From assembly GCF_009914755.1 (NCBI RefSeq), contig NC_060933.1: DNA of 64,000 nt; one strand, written 5' to 3'. Under the pieces are notes generated by a model. That model did no database searches. It saw only the letters and a list, made by a program, of their open reading frames with translations, and was not told the DNA's origin. Origin of the DNA: the human T2T-CHM13v2.0 reference genome, Homo sapiens. Positions 1 to 13,737 of the stretch are shown here, one piece after another. The position numbers and the translations under genes were made by a program. How positions within the stretch are numbered: position 1 is the first letter of the stretch; each line of letters starts with the position of its first letter.

Positions 1-39
1 AAAATCCTGGGATTACAGACATGAGCCACTGACTCGGCC
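1..39 (-). mobile_element. Alu 5' end (cut by window edge)
   Basis: ctgggattacagacatgagccactgactcggcc is the reverse complement of the Alu start. Confidence 0.85.
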
Positions 40-264
40 AACCCTGGGGACATTTGAACAGGCAGTTTCTTCTGCTTGAAACAATTTTTCCTTCTTACCT
101 CCTCTAATCTTCACTTTGTCTTTCAGGTCTCAGGAGAAATCCTACTTTCCCGTGATAGCTTCCCAAACAACCACTGCTTTTCCATCTTGCTCTTAACAAG
201 TCCGAATCTAGTGTCCTCCTGGTATTCCTATAGCATACTATCTTTACTCAGTACACAGCAATTA

Positions 265-400
265 TCACATCTATAGTGTAACTGTCTCTCCAACAAGACT
301 ATAAACTCCATGAATGCATGGACTATCCTTATCTTTTTCACTTACATATGTAGCCACAGTGCCCAATATATACACAGAATCTTTGATTTGTTGAAAGAAC
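265..400 (+). mobile_element. L2 3'-end fragment
   Basis: tgtctctccaacaagactataaactccatgaatgcatggactat resembles the L2 tail. Confidence 0.5.
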
Positions 401-1069
401 AATCTCCAAAGAAGATGAGTTTAAGACCCTATTGAAACATTACTATTAGAATATGCTGCACCAGAGGCATATTCTACACAATTTTTTAAAATTCTACATA
501 AATATAATTGTATATTACAGACATTTTTAATCAAATTATTGTGTTTTTTCTTAATTTTCTAATGTGACTTCATGTTCAATTTCTATTACAATGGAATTTT
601 ATAACAACTCCCATATTCAAAGAATTAAAAGACTCAAAAGATTTTGTGTATAGTTTTTTAAAATAAAGAAACAAGATAAGGATTAAGTAAACTCAAATGA
701 ACGAATCAAGTCTTCAGCTATTGCTCTGAACCTTCTGACATATCATTTACTGTGTTTTAATAAGTACATCTGATTCGCTGAATTGTGGATTCAGATCCAA
801 TGCTCTAATCATGTCATCTTAGAATAAGTGGCCTGGTATGCTTCCTTTGTTTTTATGAGACAGAAGCACTCAGATATCGTTAATTTTCATAGCTGAAATG
901 CTAAGAATAAGTAATTAGCCTAATAGTAATTGTTCTGACTTCATCGTTAATTAACCACTTGAAATTTATTTGAGCTTGGTAACATTCAACTGATATTCTT
1001 CTATGTTCTCTTAATAATCATTGAAACTTTCTACCAAAAAAAGGTATTCTAAGAAGCCTCTAGTTACTA

Positions 1070-1300
1070 ATTAGTTAACACATTTATGTAAGGACTTCAC
1101 ATACATTATTTCATCTGTACAGAAATCCTGATGTAGGTACTATTATTATCCCATTTATTATGGATGAGAAAACTGAGGCATAACTTAAATAATTAAATAT
1201 TTAATTATTTAATAATTGATAGAACTTAAATAATTCCATCAGCACCAAGGTCATATAACTTCATATAACTAGAAATAGGCAGAGTGAGAACTTGAATATG
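1070..1300 (-). mobile_element. MIR SINE
   Basis: core tattattatcccattt...gatgagaaaactgaggca...ccaaggtcata. Confidence 0.75.
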
Positions 1301-2360
1301 CTATATCACCTACTAAGTCAAGGAGCAACATGTTGTTTCATTGTTTTTTTAACCTAGCCATATGCAGTATTAGGCTAATAATATGACAACAATTTAGATG
1401 TTTAACACACCAACTATTATGTAGTCCTGTCTAGAGTCTTTTCTGTTTTCATTCTTCTATATTATGGGAATTAGATATGCTATAATTTTTTAATCCAGTT
1501 AATAGTTTTCCGTGATAGATCATCCTCTAAAAAATATCTTAATTTCATTTCCAGCAATGCAGAGTACCTGACAAGCTGACTGTCTATTCTGTAGATCTCA
1601 GCTAAGACTAATAAAAATGATTGAATCATGGAATATTCAGAGTTTCTACACTACCTCTGCTGAAGCATCAATACAGATAGGCTTGTTGGAATTTGAATTA
1701 GGGCTCAGAAAATGTTAAAAATCAATGTGCCACAGTGATTTCAGAATCTTTTCTTTCTGAAATCTCAGAGTTGAGCTCTCAGGTACACACCATAACGCCC
1801 ACTTCTAAAGGAGTAGGAATGACTGCCTGCAGCTTCTCAAGACGCCAAAAGAAGGGGCAATCTCAATTCGTTCATTCACCAATGAGCTTGTTTCAGTGAG
1901 CCTCTGGCACAGGTGCCAGGGGTTGTTGCTCCCTGACCTTTACATTTGATCACAAATTGCATTCAGCAATGGCAAGAAAATGGTATTTAACTCTCCTTCC
2001 TAATGGCACTGCAATCAAGGGCAATAACTGAGAAGTAGAGCTTTAAGGAAGGCTGTATAGGCCAAAGACACTGTTCAGGGTAATAAAGCCCCATAGCAAT
2101 CCCATAGGTAACCCTGCAGTACAACCAACATCTCTATTCCTGCTTGAGCACAGGGCCATCCTTCCTTGGTGCATGCCAAGTAATTCAGCATATACCTTGA
2201 TCTTTTCATTTTGTTGTTTCAGTCAAATGCTTATATAGAACATACTTTGTTACAAGGATCGGTCAAGCAGAGGAAAGCAAAAAGAAATTTTTCAAGTCTC
2301 ACCCAGGCCTTTTTATTGTACTACTTCACTATTTCAAAAAGTCTGTGCTGTAAGAGTTAT

Positions 2361-2371
2361 CTCTGTCTCTG

Positions 2372-2413
<42 letters not shown>

Positions 2414-2440
2414 GCACGCACACATGGCCACACACACAGA
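2361..2440. repeat. compound (CT)n(CA)n microsatellite
   Basis: directly visible. Confidence 0.95.
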
Positions 2441-2644
2441 CAACAGGTCTTTGGTATCGAAACTTAAGTTGAACACACAGTACATCACACATGCACACGC
2501 AAATAAACACAGAGGGAGAAGACCTTCCAAATGGCTCCAACTTGGCTTATAGGGTGTGACCGAGGAAAAAGTGTTCTAACTCCAAATACAGTAGTAGTCT
2601 TCCACTACTGCCTCTTTTTCCCCGTCCCTGGCAGAGATGGTGAT

Positions 2645-3563
2645 CGGGTACGATAAAACTAGGTCTACTTTGCCAAAAATAAACTTATTTTGCCAAATGG
2701 CCAATTTGACAAATTACCCATTCAGTCAAAACTTGTTTCTTTTAACCATTTATATTGTTAACAGCTACTTGTACTGAATAAAATAGTTTCAAAGAATCTT
2801 TTAAGAATTCTCCGATATTTAAGTTGATGGTTCAAGCTTTTAATTTACGTGAAAGTAAATACTGTTGTAATCCAGCACTGTGGCCTACCCATGTAATATT
2901 CTGTCATTTTGCTATCTTCTAGGCCAACAACTTTTGGGGATCAGAATCTATTTACTTTAAATCAAAGTGTTATAAATGTTTTGAATGCCAAAAAGTGTAT
3001 AAATGATGGTATAGAAGATTTCTTTCTTTTAACACATTTTCTATCCACTTAAGTACATTGTATACTTCCCTTAATTCACACACTTGTTAACCAATTGAAT
3101 TGGATGAACATGTTGCTTCCGTTTTAAGTAACTAAAAAGCATTCAGTATTTGAAATATCAATGATAAAATTGGCATTCAGCTGCGTTAGACTGTTAAATA
3201 ATTCTACTGCGAAATATCAGGGTTGAAATTGCAATGGAAAAATTAAAATCAAATTAAAACTTAATAATTACTTCCCACTAAAAATTTCAAAAACTTTTGC
3301 AGCTATTCTATGCAGCATCATTTGTGATAAACTTTGTATGTAGTTAATACAAACACAGTTCAGGCAGTTGACAATTTAGAAAACTGGTCATTAGACAAAA
3401 TGATAAATCAGAGTATTTGGTAAATTTAACAAAATGGCCATTCAGCAAATTTATGTTTCAGCAAACTGATTTTAAAAAAACTATCTATTCAGTGAATTGA
3501 TCACCCAGTAAATTTTCTTTTGGTGAAGGAGTAATCGGTTTTCAGATAATTGGCCTGCTTCCC
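2645..3563. mobile_element. putative ancient DNA transposon relic with inverted subterminal ~15-bp arrays (family unassigned)
   Basis: left ccaatttgccaaa-like units and right ttcagcaaattgg-like units in opposite orientation. Confidence 0.45.
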
Positions 3564-3609
3564 AAAATCACAGCCCTTTAAAGCTTAAAAGTATTCAGAT
3601 CATCCAGTG

Positions 3610-3725
3610 CAGGCTCCCATTTCACAGAGAAACTGAGAAAAATCAACCAAATGGATCCATTAGTATAAGATCTAGTATTAGAACTCAAGACTCCCAATTC
3701 CCAGTCAAAAGCTCTTTCTAATAGG
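3610..3725 (-). mobile_element. MIR fragment
   Basis: cccatttcacagagaaactgag...agaactcaagactcccaattcccagtc. Confidence 0.6.
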
Positions 3726-3935
3726 CTATGGTTAATAGGAGAAGAAAGGAGGAAGGCACTCAGAGGTAGCAAGGCCTGACAGACGCGCAAAGTGCTTACT
3801 ACACAAGGAAAGAAATACTCATATAACATGGAGAATGCAATCTTAAAATAAGAGCTTCTCTTAGACGTTTCCAAGTCTCTTTCTCACATGAGTAAGGCTC
3901 TGTTTCAGGGTGTTTAACACGATTTCAAGTGAGAT

Positions 3936-3939
<4 letters not shown>

Positions 3940-4001
<62 letters not shown>
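3940..4001. repeat. (TG)~30 perfect microsatellite
   Basis: directly visible. Confidence 0.98.
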
Positions 4002-4002
<1 letters not shown>

Positions 4003-5147
4003 CGCTATCAACTAAAATGGTTCACAGCACTTTATATTCTATAGGAATTCTGAACCATCTTGCCAACTTGTTTTTCTCTATCTACCAAAATACTTTACAT
4101 AGAGTATCTTGGTGTTCCATGCTCAGTATTTTATTATTATACAGAGTTTCTGAGTGTCTCAGGCTCAGAATTTTATTATTACATCATCTCTGGATGCCAC
4201 TTATAATATACAAACTGACTCTATTTATACTGAAATAAATAAACCAAAAAGACTAATTTCTAGTTTTCCTGGAAGAGGGAAAAAGCAAAATTCAACACAA
4301 CAGTAAATGCAACCAAAATAAACAGGGAACAAATTCTGAATTTTCACTTGCAGCAAATAAGTGTAATTTTGGGGTGTGAGATGGAAACCTTTTCAATGTA
4401 ATGGTTTGTGTAACAGCTTTTACAAGGTGCACTTTTCACTGTCAAACAGCATGAAATGCTCGTAAGGGTAATCAGTTTTAGATGGCAGGTTTACAAGCTT
4501 TCCACAACATGTACTATTTATCTACGCTAAAATGTTTTCCAATTACCTCTTTACATATTATGTTCATGCATTCTTTTAAAAAGATTTAAAAACTGCTTTG
4601 TACAAATGTAACTCTGAAACCAACCACGCCGCTTGATTTCTTTAATCATCTGATGCATACTATTGGTTTTTACTAGCTCATAAGTTACCCATGCCTAATT
4701 TACATAAAAGCAGTATTTCTGTAATATATTAAAGCAAGGTAGAAGCAAACACCTCCCAGTATAACTGACTCAAAAATGGTATTTTCTATGTAATCTTGCT
4801 TATGAAGGAAATGATATTCTTGTTGTACCATAAGAGTTAGCTAATATTTACATATTATATTCAAAATTACACACAAATATGAGCTGATTACTTCTCATGA
4901 TCCATGGAGCCACTTTTCTCACAAACCAAATTTATAAGGACGGTGTTTTCTAAATAAAACGGAAAGGTTATTTGCATATGAAAATTATATTCCCTTTCCT
5001 TATAAGGTTTACTCAACAATGAATACATAAATTCTTTTTCAATTAAGACAGCAATGGAATTTTTTTAAATGTAGGAGAGCAACCCAGTCCATCTTCCTCG
5101 CTCTGTGTCTTTCTTTCCCCCTTTCTCCCTTGCTCCTTTCTCTCCTC

Positions 5148-5581
5148 TTTTTTATTTATTTATTTATTTTTTGAGACAGGGTCTCATTCTGTTGCCAAGG
5201 CTGAAGTGCAGTGGCATGATCTCGGCTCACTGCAACCTCCACCTCCCAGGTTCAAGGAATTCTCCCAAGTAGCTGGGATTACAGGCACCCGCCACCAGAC
5301 TGGCTAATTTTTGTATTTTTAGTAGAGACAGGGTTTCAGCCCGGGAAGCCTCCGCCTCCTGGGTTCAAGTGATCCTCCCACCCCAGCCTCCCGAGTAGCT
5401 GGGATTATAGGTGTGTGACACCACATCCAGCTAATTTTTGTGTGTGTGTGTTTTTTTTTTTTAGTAGAGAGGGGATTTCACCATGTTGGCCAGGCTGGTC
5501 TAGAACTCTGGACCTAAAGTGATCCTCCTGCCTCGGCCTCCCAAAGTGCTGGGATTACAGGTGTGAGCCACTGCGCAGGCC
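5148..5581 (-). mobile_element. composite AluS-like element with a duplicated right-arm/linker segment
   Basis: the right-arm+linker block occurs twice (about 5235-5340 and 5348-5480) before one left arm. Confidence 0.9.
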
Positions 5582-7794
5582 TCTTGTTCCCTTCTCTACC
5601 TTTCCTCCACCTCCAATTATACGGACCTAGTCAGCCCCATAGTCAAACACTGGCTACACAACAGCCCCTCCAAAATACTCTACATATATAAGCTGAGTCA
5701 GGAGTGCAGCTTAATTGTATCATTTTCTTCTTTGAAATTATTTTCACACATCTGGACAACTACTCGTAACATTATCCATAGGATCTTATATTCACACCAT
5801 TTTAAACATTATGGGCATCAAAAATAACAGCTAAGCTATTTTCAGTACTTAGACGTAAGCCACATGGCCAAAATATTCAGTGTCTCAAAACAAAGCTTAC
5901 TGTGAAATCAGATCAGTATCTGATTTGAGTATTCCTGGCTTGTACTTTCCAAAGTACAGTAGAACTACTTCATAATAAGACCACTAAAGGTCAACACTAA
6001 TCATGTTGTATTACTTTACTTTATCTATGTTCAGAGAAATGTAAGCTCACAGACTCTAAGGTTGGACAGGCCATCAAGGTGACCTTGAGTCATGGTTAGT
6101 GCCATGATCTGTTTGAATATCCATAATGAAGCTCTACCACACCATTTTATAAGGAATGTTATGAATTATAGAATTGAGCTCTTAAGTTGACTCAAAGATA
6201 ATGCTATTTTCGTTTCAAGTAAATAAATAGTAATTATCTATAGAGAAGTAAAAGAAAGGCTTCAAACCATTTAATAAAGATATATTAATTCATTTAGTTA
6301 TTTTTTTCTTCTTGAGAGGGCTCTAAACAAAAATATCATCTTCCTAAGGTAAATATGTTAGTAAAAGTTTATAAAAGAAAGGTGCAAAGGGTGAAGCTGG
6401 CATTTCCTGAAGCTTAGGGTAGTTTCAGGAGATGCAACATGGTTGCAGTAAAAGCTATCACCTGGCTTAAAATAATAGGATTCTGTCCACTTTTTAAGCA
6501 TACCAATTCTGTTACAGTTATTCTTAGAAAGAAAGGGAAACTTATAACTAGCTTTGAATGACCAGAAAAAAACTGCAAATTTCTTACTTTTAAAAATTAT
6601 TGATGCTGGCAATTCTACTGGTAAATTCATGTTTCTTCCAAATTGAATATTAATAAAGCTACCACCAATGTTGAAAACCTGTTTATTATTTAATGTGAGC
6701 TGAATAAAAATCAATAACTATAGAGAACAGGGTTACTTCAGAAAATAAGATTCTAATATGTTTTATATTGAGTCTAAAAATCACACTTCTTTAATTGGTT
6801 AAAGCACAGCCTTTAATATAGAAAATTTTCTCAATTTAACAGGAAAAACCAAAAAACCTCTCTCCTTGAGAAATAAACAGAAATTTTTACAAAATTGTCA
6901 TTTTATAGCAAGATCGATTTTTTTTTTTCAGTTACAACCTATTCTCCTAAGGATACTAGTCCCAGCTTTTAATCCAAATTTCCCAAATAGAAACATCAGC
7001 ATCTTCCTAAGAAAATATTAAAATACTTGTTAAAGCATACTGTAATGTATACCAAGTAGAACTCTTTCAGTGCATTCAATTTACTTGATAAATTGTTTTA
7101 TGAAATACTATAAGACTTAATAAACAATTCATAATTTAGGTAATTTATGTTCCTTCTCAAGGATATACAATCAAACTATTTTCATATGGGAGTTTAATAT
7201 TTTAGGAACATCATACTATAGCTTATGATTTGTTTAAGTTGCTAAGAAGTGAACACTTTTATTTTATTTTTAAATGGCCCACCTTTAGTATTTAGATTAT
7301 GCTCTTTTCATGTTTCAGTTTAACTTAACAAGACAATACAAAAACCTCAATAAAGAAAAATATCTAAAACTACTGCAGATCCTAGACACAGTTTCTTTAA
7401 AGAATTCATCCCTGTTTCTTTCTCCTTGCTCTGAAGACAAGGAACAAATGCTTCCTGAATGTGAAATTCACCCTAACAGTTCATTGCTTTAACACCTTTT
7501 GAGTAGAGACAGTTGGAGCAAATATAAGCTAAGTTCTGCAGTGTAGCAGTTCTCTTGACAACTCTTAGTAAGGCTGCAAGTGAAAAACCCTTTATGCTTT
7601 TTTGAATAATATCCCAGTGTGGGAGGATGAATACTAAGTAATAAATCAGGAAAAGAAAAAAATTATACTCTCCACCTAGATAACATGAAGAATGGTAAGG
7701 CTAGTGTTTGGTACTTAGAAATTCTCCCAATAAATCAAGATTGTCTTCTTTCATCTTTACCTCCTCTGTTACATCCAATTAAAAATTTTAAAAG

Positions 7795-8030
7795 CTGCTA
7801 TTTATTGAACACCTACCACATATCTGCTAATAAACTTAATACTTTAATTTTCACAACAACCTTGTGTGAAAATTATGTGTGTGTTGGTTGAGTACTTTAT
7901 TGAAATGGGACACTGAGTTCCAGAAAGATCAAATACTTTTCCTAAGAGCTCAACATTGGCAAAAGACAAAACTAGGACACACATGGAACTACATCTGACT
8001 GTAAAGGCTATGCTCCTGCCATATTCCAGT
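7795..8030 (-). mobile_element. MIR SINE
   Basis: atttattgaacacctacca...tcacaacaaccttgtg...actgag...tctgactgtaaag. Confidence 0.6.
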
Positions 8031-8274
8031 CTGCTTACAATACTTTTAATGTTTTCTGTATTTCCAAGTTAAAAGAAACAAAATTTGTGTTCCATATTTG
8101 AAATATTCAACAGTTATGAGAATGTCAATCTTAAGAGTAAAGTCATTATCTTGCAAAATCAGTGAGAAATTAAAAACACAATAGAGTTAGCTTTCATTAT
8201 TCATACTAGTTGAAAGATCCAAAGACATATTTGCTGTCCTACCAAAAGGGCACACTGCAGTAAATACCACTAAC

Positions 8275-9040
8275 ATATATATATGTGTATATACATATAT
8301 AAGAGTATATATATATGTGTGTGTGTGTATATATATGAGTGTGTATATATATATGCTAGTGGTATCTACTGCAATGTGGTATATATATATATGCTAGTAG
8401 TATCTACTGCAATATACGAGTGTATATATATATGAGTATATATATGTATATATGAGTATATATGTATATATGAGTATATATGTATATATGAGTATATATG
8501 AGTATATATGTATATATGAGTATATATGTATATATGAGTATATATGAGTATATATGTATATATGAGTATATATGTATATATGAGTATATATGTATATATG
8601 AGTATATATGAGTATATATGTATATATGAGTATATATGTATATATGAGTATATATAAGTATATATGAGTATATATGTATATATATGAGTATATATAAGTA
8701 TATATATGAGTATATATACACACATATATACTCATATGTGTGTATATATATACACATATATGTGTGTGTATATATTCATATATACACTTATATATACTCA
8801 TATATATACTTATATATACTCATATATATACTTATATATTTACTTTTATATATATACTTATATATATACTCATATATAAGTATATATATATTCTTATATA
8901 TATACTCATATATAAGTATATATATATACTTATATATATACTCTTATCTATATACTATATATATTCTTATATATATATACTTATATATATATACACATAC
9001 TCATATATATATATATATACATACTCATATATATATATAT
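8275..9040. repeat. TA-rich array with a strand switch: (TATATATGAG/TATATATG)n then (CTCATATATA/CTTATATATA)n
   Basis: directly visible; source of the YI-rich ORFs. Confidence 0.95.
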
Positions 9041-9041
9041 A

Positions 9042-9190
<149 letters not shown>

Positions 9191-10429
9191 ACCAGTACCA
9201 TTTTCCACCACACCTGGCCAATGATTAGCATTTTTAATATACACAATAATAGTTCCAGATCTATTTAAGAATAAAACTAACAAGACCCACATCCACTATA
9301 AATTCAATAAAGTATTCCATTACTGAAGGCAGGTTGCTGCTGTTAGATGCTGGGAAAGATCCCAAGAAGAGGAAAGCATTAACTTCCTTGGCTATCTCTT
9401 CTTTCTTCTCTCCTCAACAAGGACTAATCCCCTAAGATACACCCTTTGCCTTCTCTGTTCTTCTCTGTACACAGTCTCCCTGAAATATTTTGCAACTTCA
9501 ACTTTCACTTGTATATCATGACTTTCTAGTCTCTTGCTCCAAATCCTTCTCATTTACCTAAATTCTAATTCTATAATATGAACTGCCTCTTTGCAACACA
9601 ATGAGACCCAAGATTATATTCCCTCTCACACCACATCAGTGCTGACCCCTCAATCTCTCTATCAATTCCTAGAAGGTGGCGGCAATGTTCCTGAATGTCC
9701 CAGCCACTAGCCTTCCTGAAGTTTTATTCACTACCTAGATCTCTTCAAACTCTGAACCTATTTGGTTTAATTATCATACCTGCTCATAGTAACTTCAGTT
9801 ATATTAATCATTGCTTCTCTAACATGTGCACAACATGTTTCAAGGTGTAAATGACTGATTAAAGTCTGCAGAGATAATTTACTGTGTAAGTAAAATAAGA
9901 GCACTTACTTGGGAGTCAGCCAATTACTTCCAGAATCTTTACATGACAAGTATATTTGAAGTCCTGCCAAGCAATTTAACTAGGTGCTTTATAAATACTA
10001 TCCCAGTTAATTTTGACAATCAAGATAGAAATAAAGTGTTGTATGAGCACATGGGACAACAGCCCTGTAAGGTGATTATTCTCCATATTTTAGCATGAAC
10101 ATTATACTGGTTAAATAACTTGTCCAAGATCACATATCTAGCAAACAAGATTACTAGAGTTCAAATCCAGGTGTAACTGACCTAAAGACGGGTATTCATT
10201 ACATTATGCTATGTTGGGCCTGTTTCTGCCATTTACTAAAGCCACTTTAAACTGATCCTCAGTGTTCTCATCCAGAAAAAGAAAGGATGTTATCAGTATT
10301 CTTATTAGGGGGAAAAAAAGCCAATAGAAGGGCATCTGAAGTGAGAAATTCTCAAAGTTCCCATATGTACACCCAATATGATTCCAGTATGGTCCTCTAT
10401 CCCATTGTCCCTGGTGCTGTTGAGAATCA

Positions 10430-11455
10430 CTGGCTTTTCTTACCCTATACATGAAGTGGCACATTATTTGAAGGTACACTGTGATAAGTTGAAGCAGCAT
10501 ACGTTAAACCATTTAGTAACCACTGAAAGAGTAAAACATAAAGAAGTAGAGCAATAAGTCAATTAACAACATAAAATGGAATCATAAAAATTATTCAATT
10601 AATCCAAGACAAGGCAAGAAAACAGGAAAAAGGAACCAAAGAATAGACAGAAGAAACAAAAAATAAATGGCAACACAGTAGATTTAAATCCAACCGTATT
10701 AATAATCACATTAAATAAAATTTAAACACACCAATGAAGAGACAGAGATTGTCAAACCTTATAAAAAACAAAGACAAACAAAATGCTTTCTACAAGAAAT
10801 GCACTTTAAATATGACACAGATAGATTAAAATTAAAATGATATAAAATATATATAATGCTATATTAATATCAAAGGAAATTTCAAAGCAAGAAATATTAC
10901 CAGGAATAAGAGGAGTCATTTCATAATGATAAAGGAGCCTGCCTATTCATCAAGAGAATATAACAATCCTAAATGTTTATGTACCTATTGTCAGAACTCC
11001 AATATACATAAAACGAAACCTAGTTGATCTGAAAAAGAAATAATAAAATGCAGTATTATTGATGGATATTTTATACCCCTTTTAATGATATAACAAGTAG
11101 TAAAGATATAAAAAAATTTGAACAGCATCTATCAATTTGTGCAAACTGACATTTATAGAACATTCTACCCAAAAACAGAATATATACCCTTCTCAAGTAC
11201 ACACAAAACATTTAAGAAGACAGACCATACCTGATCACAAACAAATCTCAATGAATTTTAAAGGACTCAAATCTTACAAAGTAATTTGTATGATCACAAA
11301 AGAATTAAGTTAAAAATCAGTAACAAAAATAAAAAGCAAATCAAATATTTGGAAACTGAATAATACATTTCTAACTAACCCATGGGTCAAAGAATTAAAA
11401 CAGAAGTATTTTGAACTGAAGAAAATGAACACATACTATCATCTGTGAGATGCAG
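10430..11455 (+). mobile_element. old L1M fragment (inter-ORF and ORF2 endonuclease region)
   Basis: aataatcacattaaat..., gacagagattgtca, tttcataatgataaag, catgggtcaaagaa. Confidence 0.8.
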
Positions 11456-11889
11456 AACCCCCTCAATAAATTTGGGTGAAGAACAAAAGAAAAAGAATTA
11501 AATGACTAAACAAATCAACAGTTTTACAAGTGAACAATTTCAGAATTAGGATTAAAGGAAAGGGGATCATAAATTCATAAAATACTAGAACAGGAAGAAT
11601 TCTAGAAATCCTTCTAAAATTTGTAAACTCACAAAATTCACATAAAAAACAGTTCCGGGAAGAACATATGATTTGCTTAATAAGGTTTATAATAGCAAGT
11701 GTTTTTAAATGAGCAGTCTTGGCCAGTAGTGACACTATATAAATATCTGAGTTCTTTAAATGCCTATTTTCACCTAATAAAAGCAGATATAGATTCTACA
11801 AAATAGATATGCATATTTGTTGGCCTTTATCTGATTAATGTGAGCATTCTGTGCTTTATTTGTAAATTTTCTATATTTCACATAGCACA

Positions 11890-12489
<600 letters not shown>

Positions 12490-13443
12490 AAATACTTGAA
12501 GCTTATTAATCAAATCACTAATTTAAACGTTTTAAATTAGGTAACATCAATTAAAATAGGATATCATCATAGAAAAATAAGTTGCTTAGAATTCATATTT
12601 TTAAAAAGACAAATTATTCAAGTTATTTGAATGCCAATGTTAAAACAAAGCTGGGGCAATCTCTTTTCAAAGCAAGAGACATGATCCAGTGGAAACTTAT
12701 GTATTACATGGAGTGTTTTTGGATTAACCAATACATTTAATAATATCACATGAGATGATAGAAAAGTTACGTATTAATGTTGTCCTGCTGCCTTCACCTA
12801 TTTCTTATTATATGCTCCATTCAACCAGAATTTATAGATTTGAATATCTTAATTTTAATTTTGAAGGATAAAACATGTATTTATGAATTTGTTTTAAATG
12901 GCTAAAGGGTAACATTCAGCAGTATAGCACTGGAACAATTTCCATTTGGTTTAAAAAAACAACAACATATATGTGGAACACAGTTCACATTTTTTTTATT
13001 TTGCGCAACTTCGATGCTTTCAACACTGCATACATTACCAAAAGCACAAAAATAGATGCTGTACTATCAAATTGTAAAGAATACCAAATTGATATAATTA
13101 TACTTTATAATATCTTCCAAGTATCAAAAGGACAAGTTTTTATTTTTTCTTTAATTAAAATAATCTCATGGGTCTCTTATATGTTTGACAGAATAAGATA
13201 AAACAAGTATATTTTTTACTAAGTATCTTAAAAATACCATATTTTAATAAAAACTGCTATTTGTAATCCATGCTCTGTCTTTTTGACACTGAGGCAAACC
13301 CTTCTTACCTGGGCCAAATGAGCATGAACCTGAATCAATATGGTAATAAAATACCAAATAAGTCTGTAAAGTATCAACTTATCCTGCTGTACTCTTCTGA
13401 GAACTAAGTGCATGATTAAATTTACTGTACCTTTAACAACCTG

Positions 13444-13737
13444 CAGTTCTCCGTTGGTATCTGCAGGGTATTGCTTCCAGGATCCCCTGAGGATACAAAG
13501 ATCCATGGATGCTCTAGTCCCTCATATAAAATTCTGTAAATTCTATGTAAATAGTTGTTACACTGTATTTTTCATTTTTTATTAATTATATTTGTACATA
13601 TGCATGGGGTACATATGAAACTTTGTTATATGTAGAATGTTTAATAATTTTTTATTGTTTTTCACACTCAAATATTTTCAATCCATAATTGGTTGAATCT
13701 GCAGATGCAGAACTGGCTCACATGGAAGGCAAACCGT
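13444..13737 (+). mobile_element. MER2 (Tigger-type MITE) interrupted by a short minus-strand L1MA 3' tip (about 13566-13645)
   Basis: ggtatctgcaggg...ccaggatcccc...gatgctctagtccctcatataaaa...ttggttgaatctgcagatgcagaac; inner tttgtacatatgcatggggtacat. Confidence 0.75.
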
